A stretch of DNA of 64,000 nucleotides, taken from assembly GCA_040954595.2 (NCBI GenBank), contig CM082598.2:9439097-9503096 (forward strand), read 5' to 3'. The stretch is from Balanoglossus misakiensis. Lineage: Eukaryota; Animalia; Hemichordata. Positions within the stretch are counted from its first letter, which is position 1. Each line of letters opens with the position of its first letter. The notes beneath the pieces were generated by a model. The model did no database searches, was not told where the DNA came from, and saw nothing but the letters and a program-made list of their open reading frames with translations. Made by a program: the position numbers and the translations under genes. Shown here piece by piece: positions 22,405-36,524 of the stretch.

Positions 22405-22768
22405 GTAAGTATCGATTCATAATTATTCAAGGCAAGTCAGCATAGCATGTTACGGTGTGCTTGTGTGACAACTACTGTAAAACAGGTTATTTTTGTGACA
22501 GGAAATATTTGCGATATCAAAAGAGTCAACTGTAACGCGAGTATTAATTTTAGTGTTCTCGTATTTCAGTAACGGCATTGTTATTTCCGAAAACAGTCTA
22601 TTGTAAGCTTATTTGTGAGATTTGTAGCAAGATTCTTGGCCACAAACCACTATGCACAAATTGCACAATATGTAGCAAAATCATGAAACCGCAACCATTT
22701 AAATAATTACCTGCACTTTCAAACTGGAAACATTTTGTTGCAAGTGTTTTTGACTATATTTACACGAC

Positions 22769-24675
22769 TTTTTAGGGGCCCAAGCCCCTATGGGCGGGGC
22801 CCCTATTGGTATTACTGGCATTTTTCTTCTTCTTCTTGGGCACTTTCATCGGCCACAAGTATCTTGAAAACGGCTAAACCTACAAGTCTCAAACTTGGCA
22901 CAATGATGCAGGCCAATGAGATCTGGTGCAATACGTTCGTGAATGTTTAATTAGTCACGTGACCTAACGACCATATATGGGCAAAATTTTCAAAATTTCA
23001 AAATTCTGTGTGCAAACTTTGTGGACCATATGGCCAGGGTCCTACATGCCAAATTTCATGGTCCTAGGGTATGCCGATTTTGAGAAGAAGATTTTTTATC
23101 ATTATTTTTCATATTTTTTCATTGACCATGGGGGGTCTGGACCAAGGCATAGGCTTTACCAATCTGATTAAAATCAGATGTAGGGAACGGCGACGTGGTT
23201 TTTTTATGCTGTCGCCTCACACTACATCTGACCAACTCTCAATGGAGATCCCACTGAACTCTACGAGATTTACTGGGAGAATAAACCAATCAGAAGGCGC
23301 TTTATAGCAAATGATAGGCAACCCACAATCACATGACCTGGCCCCTTGCGGTTGTTACCATGGAGCTACCACAGACATATATCCCGGGCGTGAGAGTCAA
23401 ATCAGCGTGGGGAATGGTTTCGAGCCAGTTCAGCGTGACGACTGAACCTCTATATTCCACCGGTCAACGAAATGTATAAGAGGTGGCAACAAGTCGCAGT
23501 AAAATTGTTGGAGAATCGATTACATTTGTGTAAGGCCGTCCCAGGGAGAGATTCTGTCGCCACGATCGTTTGTATACACCAGAGTGTACCGACCGACTGC
23601 ACAGTGCACTGACTTGACTAGCTCTGCGTGCAGGTCTGTGTGTTCCCGGCGTTACACGGACGTTAGAAGAAGTTAATCGCATCATATTTGGGGTCGGTTG
23701 AAGTAGACAGAGAAAGGATTTTGCTTCGATAAAATCGAATTTCGACAGAAAAAGCTGCGGTCGGGCGTCCGGGTCCGGACCGCAGACGCACCAGTTTTGT
23801 CTATGGGGCCTTATGCAGGGCTGTGGTGCGTCGGGAACACACAGACCTGAACGCGGAGCTATGACTTGACATTCCTTAGCCGAAGTTAGCGTTCTTTTTA
23901 AAAATCTGTCACATAAATTGTTTTGGGATACATGGCAGTGAAATTTAGTTTATTTTTTTATAAACTTTTACATGAAGTATGTCATTTTCCCGACTGGTGG
24001 CATGACTACAAGGGCGAACATGACGACTTGTTAGGAGAGTTTATAAATGATCAACGACAGTTCATCATTTGTATATGGCTACAGCTCGACGTTGCACTGC
24101 TCTGCGAAAACCACTCACATACGATGACGCCAAACAAAGAAAGATATCATGGGATTACATGTAATTGTTGACAAGAGAAAGCCAATCTGTCGTATTCTGT
24201 GCGATACTCGAAGTCAACAACAAAATTTCTCCCATCTCCCAGTGCAATTCTTTAGTCGGCATAACACGCAATCTGATTGGCCGGGTCGGAATGTGCGATT
24301 TCAGCGGGATCTCCATTGCGAGTTGGTCAGATGTAGTGTGAGGCGACAGCATAAAAAAACAAGTCGCCGTTCCCTATATCTGATTTTAACAGATTGAGGC
24401 TTTACTATACCTTTGACCTAATTAATTATGTGCATACCTAATTCCAGGCTTACCAATAGGGCTAGAGGTTTTGTTTCTGTTGGACATGGACTAGTATGGG
24501 GTCCAATTTTTTCCATCAAATTTCGGGTGACCTCAGGTGACCTTTGATCTACTTTCTTATATCTCGGCCTCCAGAGCAGGTACAGCCTTGGCATTTGGAG
24601 GGATGCCCAAATTTCGGGTGACCTCAGATGACCATTCTGGCTTGGGCCCCGCCATTGCTGCTTGCAGCTATATTT
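22769..24675 (+). mobile_element. Helentron-associated non-autonomous element (HINE-like), interrupted by MULE-like copy 2
   Basis: T-run, then subterminal ggggcccaagc followed by an internal inverted copy; 3' gcttgggcccc, hairpin gctgc-tt-gcagc and T-rich end; no TSD. Confidence 0.68.
23160..24396 (+). mobile_element. MULE-like non-autonomous element, copy 2
   Basis: Same TIRs as copy 1; perfect 9-bp TSD aggctttac. Confidence 0.88.
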
Positions 24676-24846
24676 ATTTTTGTGTTTTTGTCTCTCGGGT
24701 ATTTTGCAAAAATTTATTGCTCGTGAAAATAACCCATTTTACAGTATTTTCATATGCATTCTAGTCCAGACTCGAATTCAAATTTTCACAATAACAATGT
24801 TGACTACAATGTTTTTGTATATTAAGTATATGTAAACAACAAAACA

Positions 24847-26345
24847 AATTAAAGCTGCAAGCAGCATTGAAGGGGCCCAAGCATAGAGATAATAACCATT
24901 AGACTCCATTCTGGGTTGTACCATTCAAATGCGTAGGCTGTATTTGCTCTGGATGTGGAGATATGGGGAAGTAGGCAACCACCCGAAATGGATGTCTTAC
25001 AAGTACAAACACAACAACCAATTGTGAACTTCTACGTTATGTAAGTACTTCAGTAAGTACTTCAAAGGTCAGCTGAGGGTACCCAAAAATTGGGCCAAAA
25101 ATTTGGATTCCTATTTGGTTCATATTCAAGACAACGGACATTCCTCGCCCTTTGGGTTTGTCAAATTAGGTATGGCCATAATAATAAGTTACGCAAGGTG
25201 GCCCCAGAAATTGAGCATTTCATGACGGTCCTACCGTACCCCTCCAAACACCTCGCTATATATGCTGTACATGCGAACATATGGAAAGCAGGTTAATGGA
25301 CACCAGCGGTCACCCAAAAATTTGACAAAAAAATTTCATTCCTGTTTATGCCATGTGCAACAAATCCTACATTTGCAGCCCTTTCACTTTGCCTACCATT
25401 AAACATGCACGTAATACATGAATCAAGCAGGTGTCACAGGTATGATCGTATCCCCCTGTATTTGGCATTTCATGATCAATCAATCAATCAACAAAGTTTA
25501 TATAGCGCCAAAATCCCAAAAAATTTTTGCCCAATGACGCTCATGGTTAAACCACACTGTATGCTCTTTCAAACATATGAGTTTTCAGTTTTCTTTTGAT
25601 AGTTTCATCCCTCCAAATACCAAAGCTGCACCTGTAGAACGTGCTGAGATATGGCACTGTACGACAGAGGTCATCCAAATCACCTTATTCATTTGGGCAA
25701 AAACCAACTGACACTTACATTCGTCCCTGTGGAACAAAAACCACACATATCGCCCTGTTGGTTAGTGTCTAATTAAATGTACAAAATCAATGACTTAGGC
25801 AGGTGCAACAAGTGACCCCGCCTTTGGTATATCATTATGGTCCCATCCGTATATGCCCCCCCCCCAAACCAAAGCTGCATGCATCTGCTGTGGATGCTCA
25901 CTAAGCAAAAGTAGGTGAAAGGTCACATAAGGTCGCCCACAACTTGACAGGAAAATCGGACTTCATATTGATCCATGTGCAACAAATACCACGCTAGCAT
26001 CCCTTTCATTGACCCCACAATTACGCATGCACATAATAGAGTTACGCAGGTGTCACAGGTGACCCCCGAATCGGGCGTATTATTTTGGTCCCATACAGCT
26101 GCATGAAGCTGCATGCCATTACGGGCGACCTGATAACCCCCACGGCCACCTGCGGGCCGAACCCCATACTGAACGTCCAGTTGCAACGTCACGACTGAAG
26201 TAGGAACTTTTGAACGGCAACGAAGCCTGATCTCTGATTATTGCTGGTACCATACTCCCTACGTGCAAGAAAATCACTGGTCTGCTGACGTATTTCGGTC
26301 ACATTAGCGACTGAGGGTCAAAGTCCGTCGCAGCATTACATTGGT
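24847..26345 (-). mobile_element. 5'-truncated HINE-like element, reverse-complement copy of ~62030-63456
   Basis: Begins aattaaagctgcaagcagcattgaaggggcccaagc; near-identical peptides in ORFs 25923-26192(-) and 62231-62500(+). Confidence 0.72.
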
Positions 26346-26349
26346 CAAT

Positions 26350-27318
26350 GTCCATCATTTTACCCCATTGAAATCATGACGTCATACATAAAGTTTTTTT
26401 GCTACAATTGTTTTTCTGAAAAACTACTTAAAACTTTAAAAATCTTCTTCTCCAGAACCAGCGGTTACCGAGTCTCGGGATTTGGGATATGTGTTCACCT
26501 AACCTATGTCTATCAAGTTTGCGAAGCGCACTGTGATTAGTCGATCATTATGGCGGCCATGTTGGATTTTCGGAAAACCATTGAAAAGTGATAATTCCGT
26601 TTTGTAGCCAAAATGTTGACAGCATGGAAATTCTTTTTTTGGATATGAGTCATCATATGACCGGAAGTTGTCACAATTTTTCAGGGCAATTTTCACATGA
26701 CCTTTGACCCAGTTTTAAAACAACTAATTATATATGCATATTCCCCATACCTCCTCTTGTCAAAGCACCACAGTCATGAATTTTGTGGACATGGGTACCA
26801 ATGCTGCCAGGACATGACACAAATATTTTGGTAATTTTGACAAAGACCTTTAACCTATTTCTGAAACATCATTTTTCTTCATATCTAATTCCATGCTACC
26901 CAATAGGGCTAGAGGTCTGGTATTGGTTGGACATGGCCCACTCTGGGGTCAAAATTTTATGCCCTAATTTTGGGTGACCTTGGGTGACCTTTCATCTACT
27001 TTCCCATATCTCAGCATCCAGAGCAGTTTAATAGAGCCCTGGCTTTTATGGGGATTGAGCACATAATGGAGTCTTACACAAGACCTCATTAATTATGTGC
27101 ATACCTAATTGCAGGCGAACCAATAGGGCTAGGGGTCTGGTCTTTTGTTGGATCTAGACTAGTATGGGGTCCAATTTTTTTGGCCAAATTTGGGGTGACC
27201 TCAGGTGACCTTTGACCTACTTTCCCATATCTTGGTATCCCCAGCAGATACAGCCGTGGCATTTGCTGGTCACCATGGGAACCGCTTGTGCCCTGCCAAC
27301 GCTGCTTGCAGCTTTAAT
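26350..27318 (+). mobile_element. 5'-truncated HINE-like element
   Basis: Shares internal motifs with 22769-24675; ends gcttgtgccc...gctgcttgcagctttaat. Left boundary is approximate. Confidence 0.6.
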
Positions 27319-27984
27319 GTGAATTTTGTTTTTGTTCGCCATGTGTTACCACACATAGGCAGTCTTGGCTAGTCCGTGGTCTCTACCCGAATTTACCCGG
27401 TGTTTCTTACATTGGGCATAAATGGCACTGATCAGGCTTTCCCCTCTTCACGTTGTACGGTTGGTACACATATACAAACGGTCCTTTTCAGGACCAACAC
27501 AATTTCCAAGAAGAGAACTACCGAATTTATGGATATGTGCATGTTCATGTGTGATAAGTTTGGTATGATCATATCCCCATTTTCAGGTCACGCACACTTT
27601 GCAATCAACGCCACAATGAATTAATTGTGCCCAATTTTGATTTGCATAATATGTCAATCACGCAGATTCAAACTGAACATCGTACCGATATACCGGTCAT
27701 ATCTCGGGGACAAAATGATTTCATCTTCGGTTTTCGAAAGTATTTTCAAATTGTATTGCACCAGAAACCGCGGATGTCGTGCTAAATAAACTCATGAACA
27801 CTTGTTTTGAATTTAGAGACAAAAAAATCATCGGTAGACCTAAATTTACTGTCTTTTATGGACAACGTCCGTTCTGTACTTAGTGAGTTTGAATCTCCCA
27901 CCATTATGCCAACTCTCGCGTGCTCTCGCGCTTTTATACGGGAGTTCCGCCTTTAATTCATGACAAGTTTTTCTTGTTATGCAG

Positions 27985-28181
27985 AGAGTATGCAATGAAA
28001 CATTACCATGTCAAGATGATCTAGACGATTCTCTGTTGCAACCTCAAAAGTGTGACATCTACAAAGTCTACACTGACAATCATCATGTTCTACAATATCT
28101 AAATCATCCCAAGTTTAAGATTGTTGAGTCGGAAGAGGAGGCTGACATTCTTTGGCTTATGGATCACTACAAAGATTTCAA
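27985..28181 (+). CDS. TTLL12: TTLL12 exon (RVCNETLP...KVYTD...ADILWLMDHYKDF)
   Basis: tgcag acceptor, gtaaga donor. Confidence 0.9.
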
Positions 28182-29339
28182 GTAAGATATTTTGACTTCT
28201 TCAAGAAACATATCCTGTCTCTTCATGTCAGTAATTTAACCTCCATCTGTTCTTTATCCAACGTTAGATTTTTTTCCATGCCTACTTCAATAATTATTAT
28301 TATAAACTTTATTTCGGACTCATGGTCCATATTACAGTAGGCTTAGTTGAAAGGGGAAAAAATAGATTACATATCTAAATGACGAAAAGAAGCTTATTCC
28401 AAAGGCTCAAAAATACGCATTCAGAATTAACTTTGCGTAAAATGTATCAAAATTGCATAGGCAGTTGAAAGCCTGTTATAGAACACCACCCTACATTGTT
28501 ACAAAGTGTTATCTGTCATGTTGCCTGAGTGAAAATTGCAACATTTCTGTGTGTAAATGTTGCAAAGTTACGTGTGTACCTGCATTATTTTTAGCTTGTA
28601 AGCCTTGCTCAATACAATTTCCTTATCTCTAGTGGGTAAAGTCACTGCCTACAGGTGTACGCGTCCGTCATTATCTTTGCATAATTATGGTCAGAAATGC
28701 GTCAACTGATATGTATAAAAAAATCCAATGGTTGAAGCATAATGATGTAACACTGGTATGGTCAGTGGTTGTGATTAATAGAATCTCAAACTCCCAATGC
28801 CCTGGGATCATATTTCTCACACGAGTTGGGGATTTTCTCAGTCCCAAACAAGTCGCAGGCAAGTGTGGAACAAAATATCCCTGGCGTGTGTGAGAAAAAT
28901 AGCATCAAGGACACTGTGGTCCCATTTGACGATTATGCGGAAACAGTGACACACCAGAATAAAAATTACAGGTGATATCCCAAGCAGATATGATTTAACC
29001 ATATAGAAATATCGAATTTAAAAAATTAACAAGGAACATGCCCAATAAACTGCCATGTGTCATGGCAGTCTTACAAGTGGTGCGAGAAAAATTTATTTTT
29101 GACCAAAAATTGTCTGTGCAAACACATATGACAAGCAACTTCTTTCAATCAGCCCTGGAACAGACAGACAGACACACACAGACAGACAAAGACGCTCACT
29201 GACCTGCCACTGGTAATTAAAAATTTAATAGCTGGTGGTCTCTGTAACAGCTGGCCTATTAAAGTTAAGAAAACATGTCTAAGTTGGGGGTAACAACTCC
29301 TTGTAAACAGTAACTTTCAAAACAACTGAAGAATTGGTT

Positions 29340-29860
29340 TAGGAGAAGATTTGCTAACCAAAAACAAAGAAACTTACAAAAAAACTGGCTAAATATTGAA
29401 TATTTCTAATATCAGAATTGAATAAAAGTTGCACATGTATGTGTTATGAAATTGTATCCTAAATTTCAAAGCAATCAGAGAAAAAACAAATTTCAAAGCA
29501 GTTTTCAAGAAAATATTTGTTCAACAGTGGCAAAAATACAAATATGCAAATATCACCAAAATTGTACAATATCTTACTTCAATCACAAGGAACACGCCTG
29601 CCAAAGTTCAATGCAATGTGACACGCGGTTTCAGAGAAAACAATTTTTGACAAAAAATTCCCCAATAACACATTTATGCAAATATCAGAATTTTTTTAGG
29701 AACATCTTACTTGGGTTACCCTTAGGAACATGCCTACCAAATTGCAAAGCAATCTGGCATGCGGTTTAAGAAAAAAAAAATTGACCAAAAGTGGCAAAAA
29801 TTGTTCAAAATGCTAAATATGCAAATTTTGCAACAATTTAAACAAAACTATGGTTACTCA
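29340..29860 (+). repeat. ~520-bp segment, inverted copy of ~33040-33568
   Basis: ccaaaaacaaagaaacttac...aacaaaactatggttactc matches the reverse complement at 33040-33568. Confidence 0.8.
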
Positions 29861-29972
29861 AATGTCTTAAAAACTAATTATCAGCCAGACGTTTTTACAA
29901 AATACAAATGCTATCGGAACATGCTTACAAATATTCTGAAAAAGGCTAAGCAAAATTATTATTCTGACCAGT

Positions 29973-31150
29973 TTACATACTATCAAGCAGATACCCAGTG
30001 TGACATTGGTCAATGGCACACTGGGTGATCAGGGTAGTCTGCCGACCAGCTGAAGACATTTGTAAACTACATGGTAGATTTACATGTTTACCACCACCCC
30101 TCAAAATATCATTAATAATTTTCCATGTCTTACTAGTATCTGCTTGATAGTATGTAAACTGGTCAGAATAATAATTGTGCTTAGCCTTTTTCAGAATATT
30201 TGTAAGCATGTTCCGATAGCATTTGTATTTTGTAAAGATGTCTGGCTGATAATTAGTTTTTAAGACATTTGAGTAGAGCTTGTGTTTCTGGTCAATTGAT
30301 TTTTTTATTCCAGCAGTTATCCACGGTTTCCGTATTTTTCTTGTTGAACTAAGCTTTTTAGAAAGCAATGGAGCATGCTTATTACAAATATTCGAGAAAA
30401 TGGTTTAAAATGAGTCATATGCTGTATTAGCATCAGTACTCTCATACACAGCTGCCCAATTGACACTGTTCAACTCGTCTTGAAATAAACCTATATTAAA
30501 ATTACGGTAGTCCCTAAAGGTAACACTCTTTGGTTTTTGGAAATAAATACGAAGATCCCCAAAGATGGCAAATATAGGCAAATGGTCAGCAAGATGAACA
30601 TCAACAGTTCCACAATTAACAAAATGACTATGTATATTTGTATATATGATCAATAACCGTTCTTGAGTGATCTGATATGCGTGTTGGCACAGTGATCATT
30701 TGAGTTAGGTTAAAAGAAGACATGCTATTATTAAGATCAACCGTTTCATATGCATATCATACGCATTTACATTAAAGTCCCCCACAAGTATGCACTGCAT
30801 CTTCTTGCGGTCAATATCAGTCAATACAGATTCAAGACTTTCAAGGAATTCATTGGTTTCCTATACACTACTCCAAGAATGAGTGATTTCTTCTTTGGCA
30901 ACTCAAATTTCAGCCAGATAGATTCAGAATGATTTACAGTCGCTTCAATGGAGGTATAATTTAAAAATGAGTGTATATATGCCCCAACTCCCCCACCCCG
31001 CTGGTCATTTCGACATTTTGTTTCCAAATGATAGCCTTCTAAGCAATAAAGCTCTTTATTTTGAACCTGCCAGATCTCTGATTATGCTATAACTTTGATT
31101 TTTGATTCATCAAGGGATTCATAAAACAGTTTAAAGTCATGAAAATTTCG
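29973..31150 (-). pseudogene. CR1/L2-group LINE ORF2 fragment (AP-endonuclease and linker), degenerate
   Basis: GGGVGAYI, LGVVYRKP, ADHLPIF, FRDYRNFN, KPWITAGIKKSI and YKCYRNML...TWKIIN across several frames. Confidence 0.8.
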
Positions 31151-34100
31151 ACTGAGGGACCGAATATTACCAAGTTCGTTCTCTGTGATATTTTCGGCTC
31201 GCTTGACGTTTTTAACTGTCTATTCGGATCGATGTACTGGCCGCGGGGCTATGCGCATTCGTCGACGGGGCGTTGCTACATGATGGCCGCCGAACGTGAA
31301 AAGCTTTACCGTAGGCCAACATACCGTTGCAGCTTTTCTATTCGTTCTATTACAACTCAGTTTTCTTCTCAAATATGTACAGTATTTTTTTAAATCCCAC
31401 ACCACTGACCAAACGGCAAATAAATGAAAAGCAGAAGACATTTTTACTTTACGCACAGTGAGTACAAGAAACCTACAACTACATGCATGTTTGTAAATAT
31501 GTGGTTAGTTACGCAAGTCAAACGGCACGCGTCCTTGACTACCACATAAAAAATCGTATGTAAGTGCTTGAAAGAAAATTTTACTGCCACTGGAATAGTA
31601 CCGAAGCGAGCGGAATGTCGTTGGTCTTTTTCAGGAACGTGTTGACTGTAATAGGGTTATTCTAAAATTTAGCATTTCAGTAAGTTGCGATCACCACGGC
31701 CTTCACATACGGATAGGGATGCGTTAGGCGCCTATGAGATAGTACAGTTAGTACAATTTCACACACATTACGTAATTATTATTCTTTCAAAATATACACA
31801 TAACAAAGCTGTGCGCTCGCTGTTTAGTCTGCCTGCTAACTTCAAACTACGTCGCCCGAGTACAATCGTTGGCAACAGTACGCCATGATGCCAGCTGACA
31901 TACAGAGTGAAAAAACACCCAAAAAACGCAACTTGGAACAAAATCGATAGTACTTTCCTCACAGAACGATGCTAACATACATGAACTTATAAAAATTCGA
32001 TTGGTTTTTCGTTCGAACGGAGTTTCCTTTACCTAACGGAGTTTCCTTTACATAAGTCGATTGCGCACAGAAAGCTACATGCGTGACACTGCTATTTTGA
32101 CCATGTTTTGCTGACTGAGAGAGGGTTAAACCAGAAGTGACGTCGTGACACACACCACCTTCTCTGCAATCAAGTGATCTTGTTGTTATGGTGACTTTTG
32201 AAATTGGGTTGGCAGAATGTAACAATTTTATGCAAATTAAAAGAACTGCATTCATGCCATGGCGATTATCAAGAATGTATCAGTTTTCCATGACCTTGTT
32301 TTCTTACTTCAGAAGGAAAGTCATTCAATATGTACAGAGACTGTTTATTTGAGTAGTGTGCCTAGCCACAGATGGGGAAGTGTAGGCAGAAATCTGAAGA
32401 AATATATACATGTACCACTTCAATTTATTTCACTATTAATGGTTTCACAATCTTATATTTTGGCAGCTAAACTGAAACTTTTAAAATCAAACAAGAAATT
32501 TTTTTCTCAGGTATAGTATTAAAAAAAGACACTATTGTTTTTGCAGTTGCATTTATTTTATTCATTTCACTCTACTTGCCAGGGGAGCAGTTAATCAGTC
32601 ACTCTCCTACCAATTGTGTAATTAATTTCAGGAGAGTTATTTTCAGCTCTCCAGCATTTTTAAATTACATGCCCTGAAAGTTATGCAAGCTGGTGTCTTC
32701 CTCTGCAAAATCTACCAATTTAAAGTAGAAAAAACTGTAACTGTTAATATGTTGTCAAATTCACATGTAAATTGTTGTAATTTACTTATGCTGTTTTTAA
32801 TATGGAATGAAGGCATTTAGTAAGTTAACGTTCAAAATTGTCATTCCTTGATGTTTACCTAATTAACATAAACTATGCAAATTATGATTCTCCCCTACTT
32901 TGACCAAATCCCCCCTTAATTTAGACTAAGGACATTCCCCCTTCTCTCAACATCCTGGAGAAAACACTGCTTATGGGATCGGTTGCGTCTGTATGGATGT
33001 ATGTCTGTATGTCCGTCCACATCAAAAAATTGGTTGTCAGAGTAACCATAGTTTTGTTCAAATTGTTGGAATATTTGCATATTGATAATTTTGAGCAATA
33101 TTTGCCATTTTTGGTCAAAACATTTTTTCTTTAAAACCGCATGCCAGATTGCTTTGCAATTTGGTAGGCATGTTCATACGGCTAGGGGTATATGTTGTAA
33201 AAAATGTGATATTTGCATAAATGTGTTATCGGGGAAACTTTTGCAATTTTTGTCAAGACATGTTTTCTCTGAAACCGCTTGTCACATTGCATTGAACTTT
33301 GGCTGGCATGTTCCTTGTAGAGATTGAAGTAAGATATTGGACAATTTTGGTGATATTTGCATATTTATGTTTCTGCCACTTTTGAACAAATATTTTCTGT
33401 GAAACTGCTTGTTGGATTGCTTTGAAATTAGTTTTTTCTCTGATTGCTTTGAAATTTAGGATACAATTTCATAACACATACATGTATATGTGCAACTTTT
33501 ATTCAATTCTGATATCAGAAATATTCAATATTTAGCGAGTTTTTTTGTAAGTTTCTTTGTTTTTGGACTGTTAGTGTGAAAGGTAGGTCATTTGAAAACC
33601 AGGCAATAGATGAAGTTCAAGAAAGTAACATTAACAGAAAGTTAAACAACTTAGGCCAAAACAAACAATATGTGCTCTTTAGAGCTTCGTAAACACGGAA
33701 GTAAAATTATTGATGTCAAATATACAAAATTTGTGAAAATTCTGCGAATCACGTGAGAACTATGACGAAATCGCACGCATCACGCAATAACTATGACGTC
33801 ATTCTTCTATACTGGTAGCCAGAGAAATAGAAAAAAATTGCAAGAGATTTCCCTTCCTACCTACCCTATTTTTGAAAACCATGTAATCGGAACAGCACAT
33901 ATTATTTTTTTTTTTGGCCTTACTACAAGACCATCACATTTCAGGACGGTTGAGCTGGCTAATTTCATGGCATGTATGGAAAGGGTTGTGACAACCTCAC
34001 AGGAGTTTTTCTCCAAAGTTACAAAATCAGTTACAAACAGAGTGCAGAAAATAATGGATCACCTCAGTGAAAAGTCTGTTTTCACAATAAATAATGAGAA

Positions 34101-34307
34101 ATGAAACCTTGTCAATATTTTGAAAACTGATAACACTGAAATTGATGACATAAGGCAAAGGGGGATCTGCTTGCTATTCCAGTGGATGGCAAAGAGCGAA
34201 TGAAAACATATGTGAGACAAAATCTGCTCAATACAGAAAAGCAGCAAATAAACAAAAACAAGAAGATGAACACATTCTCCAAATACTACAAGTAGACAAC
34301 AAAAAGC

Positions 34308-35512
34308 CAATCTGATTAAAATCAGATGTAGGGAACGGCGACTTGTTTTTTTTTATGCTGTCGCCTCACACTACATCTGACCAACTCTCAATGGAGATCC
34401 CGCTGAACTCTCGCGTTCCGACCTGGCCAATCAGATTGCGTGTTATGCTGACTAAAGAATTGCACTGGTAGATGGGAGAAATGTTGTTGTTGACTTCGAG
34501 TATCGCACAGAATACGAAAGATTGGCTTTCTCTTGTGAACAATTACATGTAATCCCATGATATCTTTCTTTGTTTGGCGTCATTGTATACGAGGGGTTTT
34601 CGCAGAGCAGTGAAACGTAGAGCTGTAGCCATATACAAATGATGAACTGTCGTTGATCATTTATAAACTCTCCTAACAAGTCATGTTCGCCCTCGTAGTC
34701 ATGCTGCCAGTCGGGAAAATGACATACTTCATGTAAAAGTTTATAAAAAATAAACCAAATTTCACTGCCATGTATCCCAAACAATTTATGTGACAGATTT
34801 TTAAAAAGAACGCTAACTTCGGCTAAGGAATGTCAAGTCATAGCTCCGCGTTCAGGTCTGTGTGTTCCCGATGCACCACATCCCTGCATAAGGCACCATA
34901 GACAAAACTGGTGCGTCTGCGGACGCCCGACCGCAGCTTTTTCTGTCGAAATTCGATTTTATCGAAGCAAAATCCTTTCCCTGTCTATTTCAACCGACCC
35001 CAAATATGATGCGATTAACTTCTTCTAACGTCCGTGTAACGCCGGGAACACACAGACCTGCACGCAGAGCTAGTCAAGTCAGTGCAGTCGGTCGGTACAC
35101 TCTGAAGATCGTGGCGACAGAATCTCTCTGGGACGGCCTTACACAAATGTAATCGATTCTCTAACAATTTTACTGCGACTTGTTGCCACGTCTTATACAT
35201 TTCGTTGACCGGTGGAATATAGAGGTTCAGTCGTCACGCTGAACTGGCTCGAAACCATTCCCCACGCTGATTCGACTCTCGCGCCCGGGATATATGTCTG
35301 TGGTAGCTCCATGGTAACAACCGCAAGGGGCCAGGTCATGTGATTGTGGGTTGCCTATCATTTGCTATAAGGCGCCTTCTGATTGGATTAGATACCCAGT
35401 AATTCTCGCAGAGTTCAGCGAGATCTCCATTGAGAGTTGGTCAGATGTAGTGTGAGGCGACAGCATAAAAAAACCAAGTCGCCGTTCCCTACATCTGATT
35501 TTAATCAGATTG
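34308..35512 (-). mobile_element. MULE-like non-autonomous element, copy 3 (opposite orientation)
   Basis: Same TIRs; perfect 9-bp TSD acaaaaagc. Confidence 0.88.
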
Positions 35513-36271
35513 ACAAAAAGCATGCCTTTGACAAACTGAGATATTACTCAAATGTGCTTAAAAGAAATGAAAAGGTCTGGTTAGCTGCGGTACACAGCTG
35601 TACCGTGGGGGGCAGCTGAAAAACTTTTCACAAAAGGCGTTTTGGGACCAGAAATAATCAGTGTTCAGGCTTATATAGAGTGTTTTATTGAATTATGCTC
35701 ACTTTGTTTTCTGTTGCCGTTCAAATGTTCCTACACCAGTCGCGTCGTTGCAGCTGCACGATTAGAATGGGGGGGGGGGGGGGGGGGGTTGGCCCGCAGC
35801 TGTCCGTGGGGGGTATTCAGCCCCCCCCCCCCCATCTTAGAAAAAGAAACAAGAGTAGTTTTAAAGATGCTATTTTTTCAGAGGTTGGATTTGCATTTGC
35901 TGACCAATGTTTACCTGTGCATCTAGAAATCCTTGTTAATGTATTAAGATTTTTGCATGAAGGCCTTCCATGTGATGAAAACATGTGATGACCAGCTCAC
36001 ATTGATATCTCACGTTCTGACCCGGTCAATGAGATTGCACGTTATGTCGATCTACCTTAAAAACCTATCGTTCTCTATAAGGCACTTCTGATTGGTTTAC
36101 TGGCTCAGTAAAGCCAGAGATTTCAACTGGAGCTTCTATGGGAGTTGATCAGAGGCAGTGTGAGGCGACAGCATAAGAATACCGTACCGTTCTGTACAGC
36201 TTTTTAGTGCACGCCAAATTCTATTGTTCTCAGTGCCAGATGTATAATAATGTATGTATTATCATTTGCAG

Positions 36272-36469
36272 AAATCTGGCAATGACAACTAAGAAGTATA
36301 TCAACCAGTTCCCGTGTGAGTCACTTCTCACAACTAAAGACATGTTTGCAAAGACAGCAAGAAGAGCTACCCCATCTGATCCAAATGGACCCAAATGGCT
36401 TGCAAAAACATTTGATCTTCTGTTGGAACTCCCACGATTTGTGTCGTATTTTCAACAAAAACAACAAAG
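36272..36469 (+). CDS. TTLL12: TTLL12 exon (INQFPCESLLTTKD...ELPRFVSYFQQ)
   Basis: ttgcag acceptor, gtaatt donor. Confidence 0.93.
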
Positions 36470-36524
36470 GTAATTAAAGCAGGCATATTGATATGTGTTG
36501 ATTCCATGACAGTTACTTCAACAC

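Larger units (their letters stand above)
22475..24744. mobile_element. Tc1/mariner-type MITE hosting a HINE and a MULE-like insert
   Basis: ta|ctgtaaaacaggttatttt ... aaaataacccattttacag|ta. Confidence 0.65.

Noticed and set aside
25923-26192. 89-aa ORF nearly identical to 62231-62500, suggesting a duplicated small gene
   Set aside because: Both lie inside copies of the same non-coding repeat, start at a non-ATG codon and show no recognisable domain.
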